IMG/VR virus record: IMGVR_UViG_3300032223_003183
Span: 7,894-71,893 of that record
DNA from: a virus
Length of the DNA stretch: 64,000 nt
Reading direction: 5' to 3' (one strand)
Translations under genes and position numbers: made by a program
Notes under the pieces: generated by a model
What the model saw: the letters and a program-made list of their open reading frames with translations, nothing else
The model's database searches: none
What the model was told of the DNA's origin: nothing
Shown: in pieces, positions 1-10,748 of the stretch
Layout of the letters: the number at the start of each line of letters is the position of its first letter
How positions within the stretch are numbered: position 1 is the first letter of the stretch

Positions 1-1
1 T

Positions 2-3000
2 CCTTTAAGAGGACCTAATATTAATATTGAATTAGCAGAAAAAGCTAATTTAACAACACCATACTTAAATCTATCCAACTTATTAAGTTCAGATATTTCT
101 TCTTCATATCAACAATTACAATCTTGGTTAGAAGAAAAAAGTATTGAAATTTCTGTTGATTATAGTGATTTTTCAAATTTTGTTCACTTCTCTTCTGCAA
201 CTGAACGCTTACAGAATTTTCAATATAAATTATCTCAAATACAATCATTACAAGCAGATATTAATGCTATAAATGGATTAAGTATTTCTTCAAGCATAAC
301 TTACACTTCAGCTAGTGTAATTACTTTACAAAATCAATTAGATACTCTTATCCAAAAATTAGATGGGTACGAATATTACTTATATTATGAATCTGGAAGT
401 AATGCTTGGCCTAAAACTAATACCACTAAACCTTATATTAATTATAGTGTAACTGATCCAACTGCTGTTACTTGGTTTAATAACCAAATTCAAACAGCTT
501 CTGATTATGATACTGAAAATAGAGATTATGTTTGGAATAATTTACCTGAATATATTACGGTAGATCAGCAAAATTCAAATTTACAATTATTTGTTTCAAT
601 GCTTGGTCAACATTATGATTATATTTGGACTTATATTAAGGATATCACTGATTTACAAGTAGCAGATAATAGAATTGATCATGGTATTTCAAAAGATTTA
701 GTAGCAGATACTCTAAGAAATTTTGGTATTAAACTTTATACTAATTCAAGAGGACAAGATGATTTTTATATTTCATTATTAGGAATAAATCCTGATAATA
801 GTACTTTACCTACAACGGGTTCTTATGTAATTGATAATTATGTAACTGCTTCTCAATATACTATACCGGGTAATGATATTGTAAAAGAAACTTATAAAAG
901 AATTTACCATAACTTACCTTACTTACTTAAAACTAAAGGTACAAGAAGAGGATTACGTGCTTTAATTAATTGTTTTGGTATTTCGGATACTATATTAAAA
1001 ATAAAAGAATATGGTGGGAATAAGAAAGATCAAGATATTATTGAGCAAATTACACCTAAATTCAATTATGCCTTAAATTTAAATGATTCTGGTCTTTTAG
1101 TTAATTATTTAAATCCTTCTTATAAACAATATCTTAATACAGGTTATGGCGATATAATGCCTGATACTTTAGAATTTAGATTTAAATTAGGTTCTTCTAA
1201 TATACAACCTACCCAATCTCTTTTAGAAAGTCTTAATAATTATAAAATTATAAGAGTTATTTCTACTACAGGTTCTAATGCTAATATTGATTTTGGTTTA
1301 GATTCTAATGCAGGTTATATTTATTCAAATCCTATAGAATTACCATTATATAATGACGATTGGTGGACTTTAAATTTAACTAGAGAAAACGGAGGGTTAA
1401 GACTTTCTCAAACTGGGTCGGATCAAACTTATACTTTAACTATTGGTAATAAAGGATCTAATGGTATTCAATATTTAGTTTCTAGCTCAATTAATATAAA
1501 TGGAGCAACACAATTTGAATATAATGATTATGGATGGTCAGAACCTGATACCTTATTTCTTGGTGGAACTGGTCAATATAGTCCATTTTCTTGTTCATTA
1601 CAAGAATATAGATGGTGGATAGGATCTATTCCTATTAATGATTTTAAAGATCATATTTTAAATCCTCGTTCTATTGTTTTTAATGGGACAACAGGATCAT
1701 ATAATAATTTAATTTTTAGAGCACCTTTAGGAAGTGAACTAGACAATACCCCAACAAATTACTTATACTCAGTTCATCCTTCTCAGACAGCTTCATTTTG
1801 GGATGGAATAACTCCAACTTCATGGGTTTATTTAGATAATTTTTATTTAGTAACATATAATACTAATCATGAAACCTATTTAATTAATACTCCTAATATA
1901 GGAAATTATACCGAAATAGATGAAAAAGTAAGAATTGCTACTCCTAATTTAGTACCTGGAAACGTATTGACACCTTACATTTCAATACAAAAACCAGAAG
2001 AATATCCTTATTCTACTGATTTAAATGTAGTTGAAGTAGCTATTTCTCCACAAGATTCAATTAATGCTGATATTGTGGAGCAATTAGGTTCATTTAGTAT
2101 AGACGATTATATAGGTGATCCAAGATTAGCAGCTTCAAGTTCATATCCTGCTTTAACAGATTTAAGAAATTTTTATTTTAAAAAATATTCTAATAAAGAA
2201 AATGTTTTTGATTTAATAAAACTTTTATCTTATTTTGATAACTCGTTATTTAAAATGATAAAGGATTTTGTTCCTGCTAAAGTTAACTTATCAACAGGAT
2301 TAGTTATTAATACTAATATCTTAGAAAGAAACAAAATTGCAAGACATGAACCTGTAATGACTTTTGTAGATTATAGTGGTTCAATAGAAACTGCTTTTAT
2401 AAGTGGATCAAATGGACTAGATAAAGTATATAATACATCTTATACTTCTTCTATCCCAAACCTTTCAGGTAGTATACAAGTAATTCATACCCAAAAGAAA
2501 GAATTATTTACAGGTGAATTAGGTGGTACTGTTTTAGTTGCTCATTCTCAATCCCAAGAAAATATTGTATATGAATTAAATCATATAGCAACTGATGCTA
2601 CACAAGGTTTACATGATAATTTTTATAGATTGCCCTTAAATCCAACATTAAATAATGTAATGGGAGCAAGAGTATCTTCAAATTATTTAACAGTAGATTA
2701 TTCTTCAAATCCTATTTTACCTACTAATTACAATTACTTAACAGCAAGTTTAGGAGCTAATTTAAATACTACTTTATATCCATTTTTAAATGCTACTGTT
2801 CAAGATAGTAATTATACCTTAGCAAGACATATCACTCCAAGATATGATGGAAGTAAATTATTTAGTAACAAATATAATGTTTATACTAATGGAGACAATT
2901 CATTTGGTAATAACCCTGTAATTGATTATAACTCAATTAAATTTGCTTATTTTAAAGAAATTACTTCCCAATCATTAACATTACCAGGTAGAGTAAATGC

Positions 3001-4957
3001 TAATATCAAATACTTAATTGATAGTGCATCTAGTGTAGTTGAATTAACAGAAGCCAATAAAAATTTATTTGATGTTCAATCTATTTTTAATAAAGTAAAT
3101 GCTAACGTATCTTTAGACAATATTAATCAACCTTCAAAACAAAAGCAATTAAATGGTTTAAAACCAATTTATGCCGGAGGATTTAAATATTATCCTATAT
3201 TACAGAATATAAATTCTCCTTCTGCTAGTTTAACATTTGAATTAATAAATCCTATATCAACATTAGTACCTTCTGGTTCTGGTACAGGTTCTATAGTTCC
3301 TATAAATGATCCTAATTTAGTACATGTAAATAATATTAAATTTAACACATTACCTACTACGGGTTCAACTGATTCTCAACATTGTTTTACATCATTAAAC
3401 TCATACCTTACAGCTGATATAACTAAAAATATAACACTTAATCAAGATATCTATGTTAGAGTAACAGGTACTGTATCTTTTACAAGTTATGTTTCCCCTG
3501 GTGGATCAGGAGAAAGACCTAGAATTTATAGAAATTTTGATTTTACAGGAACTCCTTACTCTCCACCATTTAATGGACCAAATGGAAGTTGGATAGGAGG
3601 AGATTATGGTTCTGATAATAATTATGGACCACAGTTTTGGCCTAGTGATGGTGGTAATGGGTCATGGGACTGGGCGGGTTCTATGTATTTACCAGCAGGA
3701 GTACATGTAGTTTTACTACCTGATTGGGGTAATTGGAATATTAGAGAAGAATTTGATGGTCCTAAATACCTTTCAGGTCAGACAGGTCCGGGTCGTACTT
3801 ACTCTTCAGTATTGCATAATAGAGATAATGGAGGTGGTGTAGATGTTTACGCTTTTACATTATTAACTACTTCAGGATCACTTTCAACAGAAAATTTATT
3901 TAATCCTTTTTCATCAACCGGTATTTCTCAAACAGAGTTAGTTATAGATACTGTTGATCCTATTACTGGACAGCCAGCTTACAGCTCTTACCCATTTACA
4001 GATGGTACTAATTTAGCCCCTAAATCATTAACTCAGATTAATGGGATAGGATGTACTATAACTTTTACAATTGATGGTATAATTAAAATACCTAGTAATA
4101 CTACTACTGGAATAACAAATTCATATCCTATATGTACATTAAATAATCCAACTACTCCTGCAGTATTGACAGCAACAGCTAAATATAAAACTACAGATTC
4201 TTCAGGAGCTGTAAATATAACTCAAAAACCAACAATAAATTATTCTGTAAATCCACAATCATCTAATGGGATTTATTATTATGGAGCACCACCAACCCTT
4301 AATTATACTTATGTAATTCAAGATTTAGGTCATAGTGGTTCATCTGCTCCAACCCAATATTATTTTGAAAGAGGAACAAATGGAACTGATAATTTTTATT
4401 ATTTAACAGCTTCTTATTATATGTCTCAACATTATTATAAACATATTTCTCCATGCCCTACTCCAACAGATTACAACCCATTTGTACAATTCAGTTGTTC
4501 TTTTGCTGGATATGAAAATATTGAATTGCCTTTTAAACCAAAAGTAGGAGATTTAGTTAGATTATATGATCATGATAGAGGTATATTTCCAATAGAATTT
4601 GAAAGTGAAATTTTAGAAATCATTCCTCCTGCTAGTTATCCTACAGATAGTGGTTCATATAACAATAGATTATTATTCAAGATAAATAATCCTGTATTAA
4701 ATCAATCATGTTGGGATTATACATCACAAATTCAAAACTTTATTTTCCTTTCTAAAGTAGAAGATGAAACTAATGTAGTATTATTCACAGAAAAAAATCA
4801 AGGCCAAACATCAGCTGGTATTTTACTTCCTGAATATTTAGATCCAAAAACTAAAGAAGACGCAGGTAATATTGTTAAAAAATTAAAATCACAAAATTTA
4901 TTAGATGTTGGACAAACTACTTATACTATTAGTGACATTAATGGAGGTGGATTTTAA
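2..4957 (+). CDS. Large baseplate wedge/tail-associated structural protein, 5'-truncated by the window edge
   Basis: The frame of ORF 599..4957 reads open from position 2 (PLRGPNINIELAEK...VDYSDFSNFVHFSSATERL). LLKTKGTRRGLRALINCFG resembles baseplate wedge/tail protein I; LamG-like segment (WWTLNLTR...LQEYRWW); lies among structural genes. Confidence 0.6.
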   Translation, partial: PLRGPNINIELAEKANLTTPYLNLSNLLSSDISSSYQQLQSWLEEKSIEISVDYSDFSNFVHFSSATERLQNFQYKLSQIQSLQADINAINGLSISSSITYTSASVITLQNQLDTLIQKLDGYEYYLYYESGSNAWPKTNTTKPYINYSVTDPTAVTWFNNQIQTASDYDTENRDYVWNNLPEYITVDQQNSNLQLFVSMLGQHYDYIWTYIKDITDLQVADNRIDHGISKDLVADTLRNFGIKLYTNSRGQDDFYISLLGINPDNSTLPTTGSYVIDNYVTASQYTIPGNDIVKETYKRIYHNLPYLLKTKGTRRGLRALINCFGISDTILKIKEYGGNKKDQDIIEQITPKFNYALNLNDSGLLVNYLNPSYKQYLNTGYGDIMPDTLEFRFKLGSSNIQPTQSLLESLNNYKIIRVISTTGSNANIDFGLDSNAGYIYSNPIELPLYNDDWWTLNLTRENGGLRLSQTGSDQTYTLTIGNKGSNGIQYLVSSSININGATQFEYNDYGWSEPDTLFLGGTGQYSPFSCSLQEYRWWIGSIPINDFKDHILNPRSIVFNGTTGSYNNLIFRAPLGSELDNTPTNYLYSVHPSQTASFWDGITPTSWVYLDNFYLVTYNTNHETYLINTPNIGNYTEIDEKVRIATPNLVPGNVLTPYISIQKPEEYPYSTDLNVVEVAISPQDSINADIVEQLGSFSIDDYIGDPRLAASSSYPALTDLRNFYFKKYSNKENVFDLIKLLSYFDNSLFKMIKDFVPAKVNLSTGLVINTNILERNKIARHEPVMTFVDYSGSIETAFISGSNGLDKVYNTSYTSSIPNLSGSIQVIHTQKKELFTGELGGTVLVAHSQSQENIVYELNHIATDATQGLHDNFYRLPLNPTLNNVMGARVSSNYLTVDYSSNPILPTNYNYLTASLGANLNTTLYPFLNATVQDSNYTLARHITPRYDGSKLFSNKYNVYTNGDNSFGNNPVIDYNSIKFAYFKEITSQSLTLPGRVNANIKYLIDSASSVVELTEANKNLFDVQSIFNKVNANVSLDNINQPSKQKQLNGLKPIYAGGFKYYPILQNINSPSASLTFELINPISTLVPSGSGTGSIVPINDPNLVHVNNIKFNTLPTTGSTDSQHCFTSLNSYLTADITKNITLNQDIYVRVTGTVSFTSYVSPGGSGERPRIYRNFDFTGTPYSPPFNGPNGSWIGGDYGSDNNYGPQFWPSDGGNGSWDWAGSMYLPAGVHVVLLPDWGNWNIREEFDGPKYLSGQTGPGRTYSSVLHNRDNGGGVDVYAFTLLTTSGSLSTENLFNPFSSTGISQTELVIDTVDPITGQPAYSSYPFTDGTNLAPKSLTQINGIGCTITFTIDGIIKIPSNTTTGITNSYPICTLNNPTTPAVLTATAKYKTTDSSGAVNITQKPTINYSVNPQSSNGIYYYGAPPTLNYTYVIQDLGHSGSSAPTQYYFERGTNGTDNFYYLTASYYMSQHYYKHISPCPTPTDYNPFVQFSCSFAGYENIELPFKPKVGDLVRLYDHDRGIFPIEFESEILEIIPPASYPTDSGSYNNRLLFKINNPVLNQSCWDYTSQIQNFIFLSKVEDETNVVLFTEKNQGQTSAGILLPEYLDPKTKEDAGNIVKKLKSQNLLDVGQTTYTISDINGGGF

Positions 4958-4991
4958 TTAGAAACTTAATTTAAAAAATAAAAACTATACA

Positions 4992-4999
4992 TATTTATA
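4992..4999 (+). promoter_or_regulatory. TATTTATA putative late promoter
   Basis: Recurrent intergenic motif, 21 nt upstream of ATG 5021. Confidence 0.6.
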
Positions 5000-5020
5000 A
5001 TTGTAAATTAACAAAAACTT

Positions 5021-5680
5021 ATGGGATTCTTAAATAACACATCTGTAACCGTAGATGCTATTTTAACTAAAAAAGGTAGAGAATTATTAGCTAAAAATGA
5101 CGGTTCATTTAAAATTACTCAATTTTCATTATCTGATGATGAAATTGATTATACTTTATATAACCCTTCTCATCCATCTGGATCAGCTTTTTATGGTGAA
5201 GCTATTGAAGCAATGCCTATATTAGAAGCGTTTCCTGATGAAACACAAATAATGAAGTATAAACTTTTAACCTTACCAAGAGGTACAGCTAAATTACCTG
5301 TATTAAATGTAGGTTATACTACTATAAGTTTGAAACAAGGTGCTTCATTAGCTATTACTCCTCAAACATTAAATTATTTAGGAGCTTCTACTGCATTTGA
5401 ATCCTCAGGTTATACAGCTACTATTGGTGATTCTAGATTAATGTCTACATTTAATGGAGTAGGTATTAATACTACTGAAGCTACTACATTAAACTCAACT
5501 ACTACTATTGGAACTAATGTTTCGAAAACAGTAATTGGAACTACTATAAATTTAACAGCAACTACTGTTAATACATTATTTGGTTCTCAATCTACCTTAT
5601 CAACTATATTAACTATAATTGGTAGAGATTCAGGAGCTAGAATAACAATCCCTGTAACAATAACTAAAGTAACTCAATAA
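5021..5680 (+). CDS. Virion structural protein (baseplate/tail associated)
   Basis: 219 aa, Thr-rich beta-type sequence, N-terminal VDAILTKKGRELLA...FSLSDDEIDY; structural context. Confidence 0.5.
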   Translation: MGFLNNTSVTVDAILTKKGRELLAKNDGSFKITQFSLSDDEIDYTLYNPSHPSGSAFYGEAIEAMPILEAFPDETQIMKYKLLTLPRGTAKLPVLNVGYTTISLKQGASLAITPQTLNYLGASTAFESSGYTATIGDSRLMSTFNGVGINTTEATTLNSTTTIGTNVSKTVIGTTINLTATTVNTLFGSQSTLSTILTIIGRDSGARITIPVTITKVTQ

Positions 5681-5684
5681 TAAT

Positions 5685-6734
5685 ATGAGCTTTGTATCTT
5701 TTAACCCTGAAGACTTTGTAGTAAGTGCTGATTCAATTACTTCAGTATTGTGGAGTAGTGGAAATACTACTTTAACTACTTTTACTACATCTTCAACTGC
5801 AATTAATAATAACGCTTATTTACCTGTATATTGGAGAAACCCTTCAATTTACACTTCAGACCTACCACAATTTTCAATTGCATATGGTCAAATAAATGGA
5901 ACTGGTTCAGCTCCTATTAATTCATCAGTTGCTGGATTATCACCTTCAAGAATTACTTATGGTCAATTTAGAACATTAGTTAATGGTGATGAAACCCTAC
6001 CATTTAATTTTGGAACAGGTAATACAACATCTCCAGATATTTTTGTAATAAACATTAATAGAACTAATTATAAAGAAAAATTATTCCCTGGAACTTTCAA
6101 TTTAGCATTATCAGGTTCTGATGGAACTAATCAAGCATTAATTAACTTAACAGATAATAGCAATCAAGTAACTACTTTAACTTATTGTGATGCAGGTAGA
6201 GTATTTGATATAGTAAGTGGATCAAATGGAACCTCTACTACTGCTATACCAGTTTCTAGTTCAGCAGCCGGATATACAATTTCAGGTTCATATGGTAAAT
6301 ACTTACCAGATGTAGGTTTAATTATATTAAATCCAAGAGCTTTAGCATTATCTGCTAGTTTTGGTGGAATAGGATTAACTTTACCAACTTCTAATACTTC
6401 TATTAATCTAGGTAATATAAATAGTACCCTATTTACAGCTATGAATTTAGCAAGTGCTACAGGATTTTCTTTAAATAGTGAAGAAACTATAACTTCAGAT
6501 TATATCTTTGTTAGAGTAAAAAATAGTGATTTTAATTATACTACTAACCCTTCAATGATAAGTGGTAGTGGAGATTTTTATTACCCAACCTTAGTAAATA
6601 ACCCAAGAACATACGTTACTACAGTAGGTATGTACAATAATAATAATGAGTTATTAGCTGTAGCTAAATTATCAACTCCATTAGCCAAAGATTTTACAAA
6701 AGAAGCTCTTGTTAGAGTAAAATTAGACTTTTAA
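5685..6734 (+). CDS. Baseplate/tail-collar-like structural protein
   Basis: C-terminal YVTTVGMYNNNNELLAVAKL resembles tail-collar/fibre attachment domains; paralogous to 9749..10054. Confidence 0.5.
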   Translation: MSFVSFNPEDFVVSADSITSVLWSSGNTTLTTFTTSSTAINNNAYLPVYWRNPSIYTSDLPQFSIAYGQINGTGSAPINSSVAGLSPSRITYGQFRTLVNGDETLPFNFGTGNTTSPDIFVININRTNYKEKLFPGTFNLALSGSDGTNQALINLTDNSNQVTTLTYCDAGRVFDIVSGSNGTSTTAIPVSSSAAGYTISGSYGKYLPDVGLIILNPRALALSASFGGIGLTLPTSNTSINLGNINSTLFTAMNLASATGFSLNSEETITSDYIFVRVKNSDFNYTTNPSMISGSGDFYYPTLVNNPRTYVTTVGMYNNNNELLAVAKLSTPLAKDFTKEALVRVKLDF

Positions 6735-6737
6735 TGA

Positions 6738-9700
6738 ATGAGTTTTTCATACAAAACATTAAATTCAAATGATATAGCACTAACCTCCTATATTGCCAAC
6801 AAGCAATGGGAGGTTACTGATGCTACCCTATCTCAAAACGGCGTTACAATTTATATAGGTGAAAACTTACCTATTAATAAAACTAATCCATTTGATTCCA
6901 TAAATGACTCTCAAACCGAAAATGAAGAATATAGAAGATTAATATTTGATTCTATAAAAAATCTTTATTATCAAAACTACGTCTCTGGAACACTTTCAGG
7001 ACAATTTTATCAATCATCTTCATTTTTTAACTATGAGCAATCTACTATAGTATCAGGTACTATTAGAAATTTACCTACAATTACAGGTAGTTCAGCTATA
7101 GGTAATAACCCAACATTATTTGGTACATCTTTATATGATATTTCTTCTAGTTTATATGATCAAACCTCATTTGACCCTGATAAGGGAAGCAAAATAGTAG
7201 TAATATCAATTGACCAAAAAATATTTGGATCAGGATTATCTCCTAATACTGTAATAATTTCAGGTTCAACTTATAATTTGCAGGATGATGGTGAGGGTAA
7301 TATAATGGATACTTTGACTTCTACTTATGTAGGTAACGTATTTTATTCTCAAGGATTAATAGTAATAACTAATCAAGATTATTTATGTGTATTTGGAGCC
7401 CCTCCAACTACCACAAATGATTATTTTTCATATCTAAATGTTAATTATAATCCTCAAGTATTAGATATATTAGCAAATGATTTTGCTGACTGTGGAGTAT
7501 TAAATCAAACCTCAGTTCAAATATATTCAGTACCTGGATTTAGTTTTCCTAATTATACTTTAAGTAATGGTCTTATAACAATAACACCTAATCAATCAAG
7601 TATAATACCTGGTAATTATCAATTAAATTACACAGTTGGGAATCTTAATGGAATTAGAAGTAATACTAGTTCAATTAGTTTAACAGTAACTTCTCAATCA
7701 TTACAAGTAACTAATATAATAACATCTTCAGTTTGTTATGCTTCTACAGCATCTATACCTGTAACTTTTTCTATTAATTATGGAGTACCACCTTATAGTT
7801 ACTCTTTAGATAATGGAGCTCATTATACAGGAGTACCTGGATTTTTTAATCAAACTGTTAGTGGAAGTATGACTGCTTCTTTAAATAGTATAATCTATGT
7901 TAAGGATTATATGGGAACTATAGCTACTGCATCTTTTACTTCATGGTATTCACCTGTAACTTATACTACTCTTTTAACTAAAAAACCATGTTCTTCTACT
8001 GATAATAGTGGTAAATTTACAGTTGATAATACTGGAGGATATACTGGGGTCTCAGCATCATTTGTTTTAACTGGTTCAGCAGATTCTTATTATGCTTTAC
8101 CAAAACAATTTACAGCCTTATCAACTGGTTCTTATACTTTAAAAGTTAAAGATTCTCATGGATGTGTTACTAGTTCATTAGTTATTTTAGGAGTATACCC
8201 TGCTTTAACATCTAGTGCAACTCAATCAAATGTATCTTGTTACGGAGCCTCTAATGGATCCATTTCAGTAGCATTTACCAATGTTACAGATACATTAATA
8301 GTTAATATGTTAAATACTGCTGGTACTGGTAGTTATATATATTCAAGTATTAATTTGAGTGATTTTCCTAATAATACTGTTACTGCTTCTAACTTAGTAA
8401 GTGGAAGTTATAGTTTAGTATTATCTTCTATAGGAGCAAATCAATGTCAATCATATAATAATACATTCACTATAACATCTCCAACTACTCCAACATTTGT
8501 AACAACAGCATCTTACATAAATTCATGCTCTAATGCTATTATATTCTCAGGTTCAGGAGGTACTTCTCCTTACACTTATTATGCTGTAGAAACTTCTTCA
8601 AATACTATATACTCATCTAATTCTAGCTCTGTAGCTTTAAATGGATTAAATGGGGGTACTTTTAATACTTACATTGTAGATAGTAATGGATGTATTTCTA
8701 CTTCTTCATTAGTAACAACTTATGGAAGAACTTACAATTATACAGGTTCGTATTGTGTACTAACAGGATCTAATAATACAGGATATATTTCAAGTTCAGG
8801 AATACAACAAAATTTTACAACAGGTCCTTACTCTGGTTCATTAGTAACTTCTAGTTATTCTAGTGGTTCTATTTTATTAGGCCCAACTGTTAACTTTAAA
8901 CAATTATTTACATCAGGTACTGTAGATTCTATAATAGCTTGTAACGTTAATTATAGTAGATATTATTATAATGCAGCTATATGCCCTCCAGGAGGATGTT
9001 ATGCACCTATTTTAGTAACAGCTACACCTTTATATTGTGGTACTAGTAACTGGACTTCATCTTACTCAGTAACTTATAATTCGGGTTCATCTTTAGCTAC
9101 TACAACTATAATTGAATATAGTTATAATTCTAGTTTTTCACCTAAAGTTACTCATAGTATAAATAATGCTTCGCCTTCAATGACTCCTTTCTCTACAATT
9201 ACTGATTTTGGGCTTTTTAATACTCAAGATCAAATAATGTATTTTAGAGCATATAATAGTTGTAGTATAGGAACTACCTCATCTTACAGTAATGTTTTAA
9301 CTGCAAGTTGTGTAACAGCACCTCCAACTCCAACATTTACAGTAAAAATAAAAAATCATTCAGGAGTATCTTTAAAATACTCAACAGGGTCAGCTTTATA
9401 CAGTGTATCTAATAACCAATCCGCTAGTGTTTCATTTACTAGCCAAACTAAAGATATAAATTTATATACTATTAATGGAGTACATTCTAGTGGTGTAGGT
9501 AATGAATACACAGTAAATGTTTCTAGTAGTTTAGATGTAAATAATAATGTTTATACCGTATTACATTGCCCAATAGATTCTATCAACTACCCTGATTATA
9601 CAGTAATATCTGAATACATTGACGGAGGATATGATTTTGGATTTATAGATGATACATCTAACAATACTCCAGATTTATCAGTTCATATAGATAGAAATAC

Positions 9701-9749
9701 TTATACAAACTCAGGAACTATAACTTTAGATATAAAACCATTCTTATAA
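6738..9749 (+). CDS. Structural protein with Ig-like/SprB-like repeats (putative adhesin or fibre)
   Basis: N-terminal domain similar to 5685 (LQDDGEGN...GNVFYSQGLIVIT), then Ig/cadherin-like (NDYF...LDILAND) and SprB-like repeats (SNVSCYGASNGSISV; GGTSPYTY; VKDSHGC, VDSNGC). Confidence 0.55.
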   Translation: MSFSYKTLNSNDIALTSYIANKQWEVTDATLSQNGVTIYIGENLPINKTNPFDSINDSQTENEEYRRLIFDSIKNLYYQNYVSGTLSGQFYQSSSFFNYEQSTIVSGTIRNLPTITGSSAIGNNPTLFGTSLYDISSSLYDQTSFDPDKGSKIVVISIDQKIFGSGLSPNTVIISGSTYNLQDDGEGNIMDTLTSTYVGNVFYSQGLIVITNQDYLCVFGAPPTTTNDYFSYLNVNYNPQVLDILANDFADCGVLNQTSVQIYSVPGFSFPNYTLSNGLITITPNQSSIIPGNYQLNYTVGNLNGIRSNTSSISLTVTSQSLQVTNIITSSVCYASTASIPVTFSINYGVPPYSYSLDNGAHYTGVPGFFNQTVSGSMTASLNSIIYVKDYMGTIATASFTSWYSPVTYTTLLTKKPCSSTDNSGKFTVDNTGGYTGVSASFVLTGSADSYYALPKQFTALSTGSYTLKVKDSHGCVTSSLVILGVYPALTSSATQSNVSCYGASNGSISVAFTNVTDTLIVNMLNTAGTGSYIYSSINLSDFPNNTVTASNLVSGSYSLVLSSIGANQCQSYNNTFTITSPTTPTFVTTASYINSCSNAIIFSGSGGTSPYTYYAVETSSNTIYSSNSSSVALNGLNGGTFNTYIVDSNGCISTSSLVTTYGRTYNYTGSYCVLTGSNNTGYISSSGIQQNFTTGPYSGSLVTSSYSSGSILLGPTVNFKQLFTSGTVDSIIACNVNYSRYYYNAAICPPGGCYAPILVTATPLYCGTSNWTSSYSVTYNSGSSLATTTIIEYSYNSSFSPKVTHSINNASPSMTPFSTITDFGLFNTQDQIMYFRAYNSCSIGTTSSYSNVLTASCVTAPPTPTFTVKIKNHSGVSLKYSTGSALYSVSNNQSASVSFTSQTKDINLYTINGVHSSGVGNEYTVNVSSSLDVNNNVYTVLHCPIDSINYPDYTVISEYIDGGYDFGFIDDTSNNTPDLSVHIDRNTYTNSGTITLDIKPFL

Positions 9750-10054
9750 TGTCAGCAATAGTACAAGATCCAAATGCAACTTTAAGTTTCAAAAACGAGT
9801 ATATCGTTTATGAACAGGAAGTTCGTTGTAAAGTAGGAGAAAATGACTTTAATATGACTTTAAACCCTACAATATCAACTGATAATTCAGGTTCATTAAG
9901 AGACTTTGCTACAGGATCTGAGTTTTCTCCTTATGTTACTACAGTAGGACTTTATAATAATAGAAGTGAATTATTAGCTGTAGCTAAATTAGCTCAACCA
10001 ATTCCACTTTCTTCAACAACAGATACAGTTTTTGTAGTTAGGTACGATATTTAG
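9749..10054 (+). CDS. Small baseplate/tail-collar-like protein (paralog of the C-terminal domain of 5685..6734)
   Basis: YVTTVGLYNNRSELLAVAKLAQP; TAATG overlap with the upstream gene. Confidence 0.55.
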   Translation: MSAIVQDPNATLSFKNEYIVYEQEVRCKVGENDFNMTLNPTISTDNSGSLRDFATGSEFSPYVTTVGLYNNRSELLAVAKLAQPIPLSSTTDTVFVVRYDI

Positions 10055-10055
10055 T

Positions 10056-10077
10056 ATTGCGTATTGCAATATGCAAT
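10056..10077. promoter_or_regulatory. 22-bp near-perfect palindrome/hairpin upstream of the GIY-YIG gene
   Basis: ATTGCGTATTGCAATATGCAAT is self-complementary except for one G-T pair. Confidence 0.45.
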
Positions 10078-10091
10078 CTAAAAACAAAATT

Positions 10092-10535
10092 ATGTGGTTA
10101 TACGAAAATAAAGAAATAAAAGAAATAACAGATATGCCCGAATCTACATTCGGGTTTATTTATGAAATAACACATTTACCTACAGGAAGAAAATACCTAG
10201 GTAAAAAACAATTAATATCTGTCCAAAGAAAAGCTTTAGGTAAAAAAGAATTAGCTTTAATTACTGATAAAAGAGCTTCTAAAAAGAAAACTGTTACTAA
10301 AGAAAGTGATTGGAAAACTTATTACGGATCTAATCCAACAATTAAACAGATGTTGAAAGAAGGTAAACAAGATGAATTTACCAGAGAAATTCTTATGTTT
10401 GTACCTAACAAAAAATTACTAACTTATTATGAAGACAAATATCTTTATATTAATGAGGTAATAGAAAAAGGAGACACATACTTTAATGATAATATTTCAG
10501 GTCGTTTCTTTAAAAAAGACTTTATAAAAAACTAG
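10092..10535 (+). CDS. GIY-YIG family (Seg-like) nuclease-domain protein
   Basis: FGFIYEITHLPTGRKYLGKK...WKTYYGS...FTREIL...YFNDNI; MWLY start at 10092 preferred over 10071. Confidence 0.7.
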   Translation: MWLYENKEIKEITDMPESTFGFIYEITHLPTGRKYLGKKQLISVQRKALGKKELALITDKRASKKKTVTKESDWKTYYGSNPTIKQMLKEGKQDEFTREILMFVPNKKLLTYYEDKYLYINEVIEKGDTYFNDNISGRFFKKDFIKN

Positions 10536-10561
10536 GATACCACAAAATAATTTATTATATT
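10532..10561 (+). promoter_or_regulatory. Putative host-type/early promoter CTAGG-N19-TATATT
   Basis: Same geometry as the motifs at 22039 and 40327; precedes the primase operon. Confidence 0.4.
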
Positions 10562-10579
10562 TCCCCAAAAACCAATTTT

Positions 10580-10732
10580 ATGAAACGCTACGGTCTTTTT
10601 ACTAAAAATTCAAATGAAGCTATTAATCAAATAAAATCTTCTCATTTAGAAGGAGCAATATTATTTTTTGCTTCTCAAAAGAGATTAGAACTTGATAAAT
10701 TTCATAAATTATTTGAAGTAAAAGAAATATAA
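10580..10732 (+). CDS. Hypothetical protein (50 aa, not in ORF track)
   Basis: MKRYGLFTKNSNEAINQIKSSHLEGAILFFASQKRLELDKFHKLFEVKEI; fills the gap between promoter and primase. Confidence 0.6.
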   Translation: MKRYGLFTKNSNEAINQIKSSHLEGAILFFASQKRLELDKFHKLFEVKEI

Positions 10733-10748
10733 TAAATAAAATAAGGTT

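Noticed and set aside
599-601. ATG 599 as the start of the first gene
   Set aside because: The frame reads open from position 2, so the gene begins upstream of the window.
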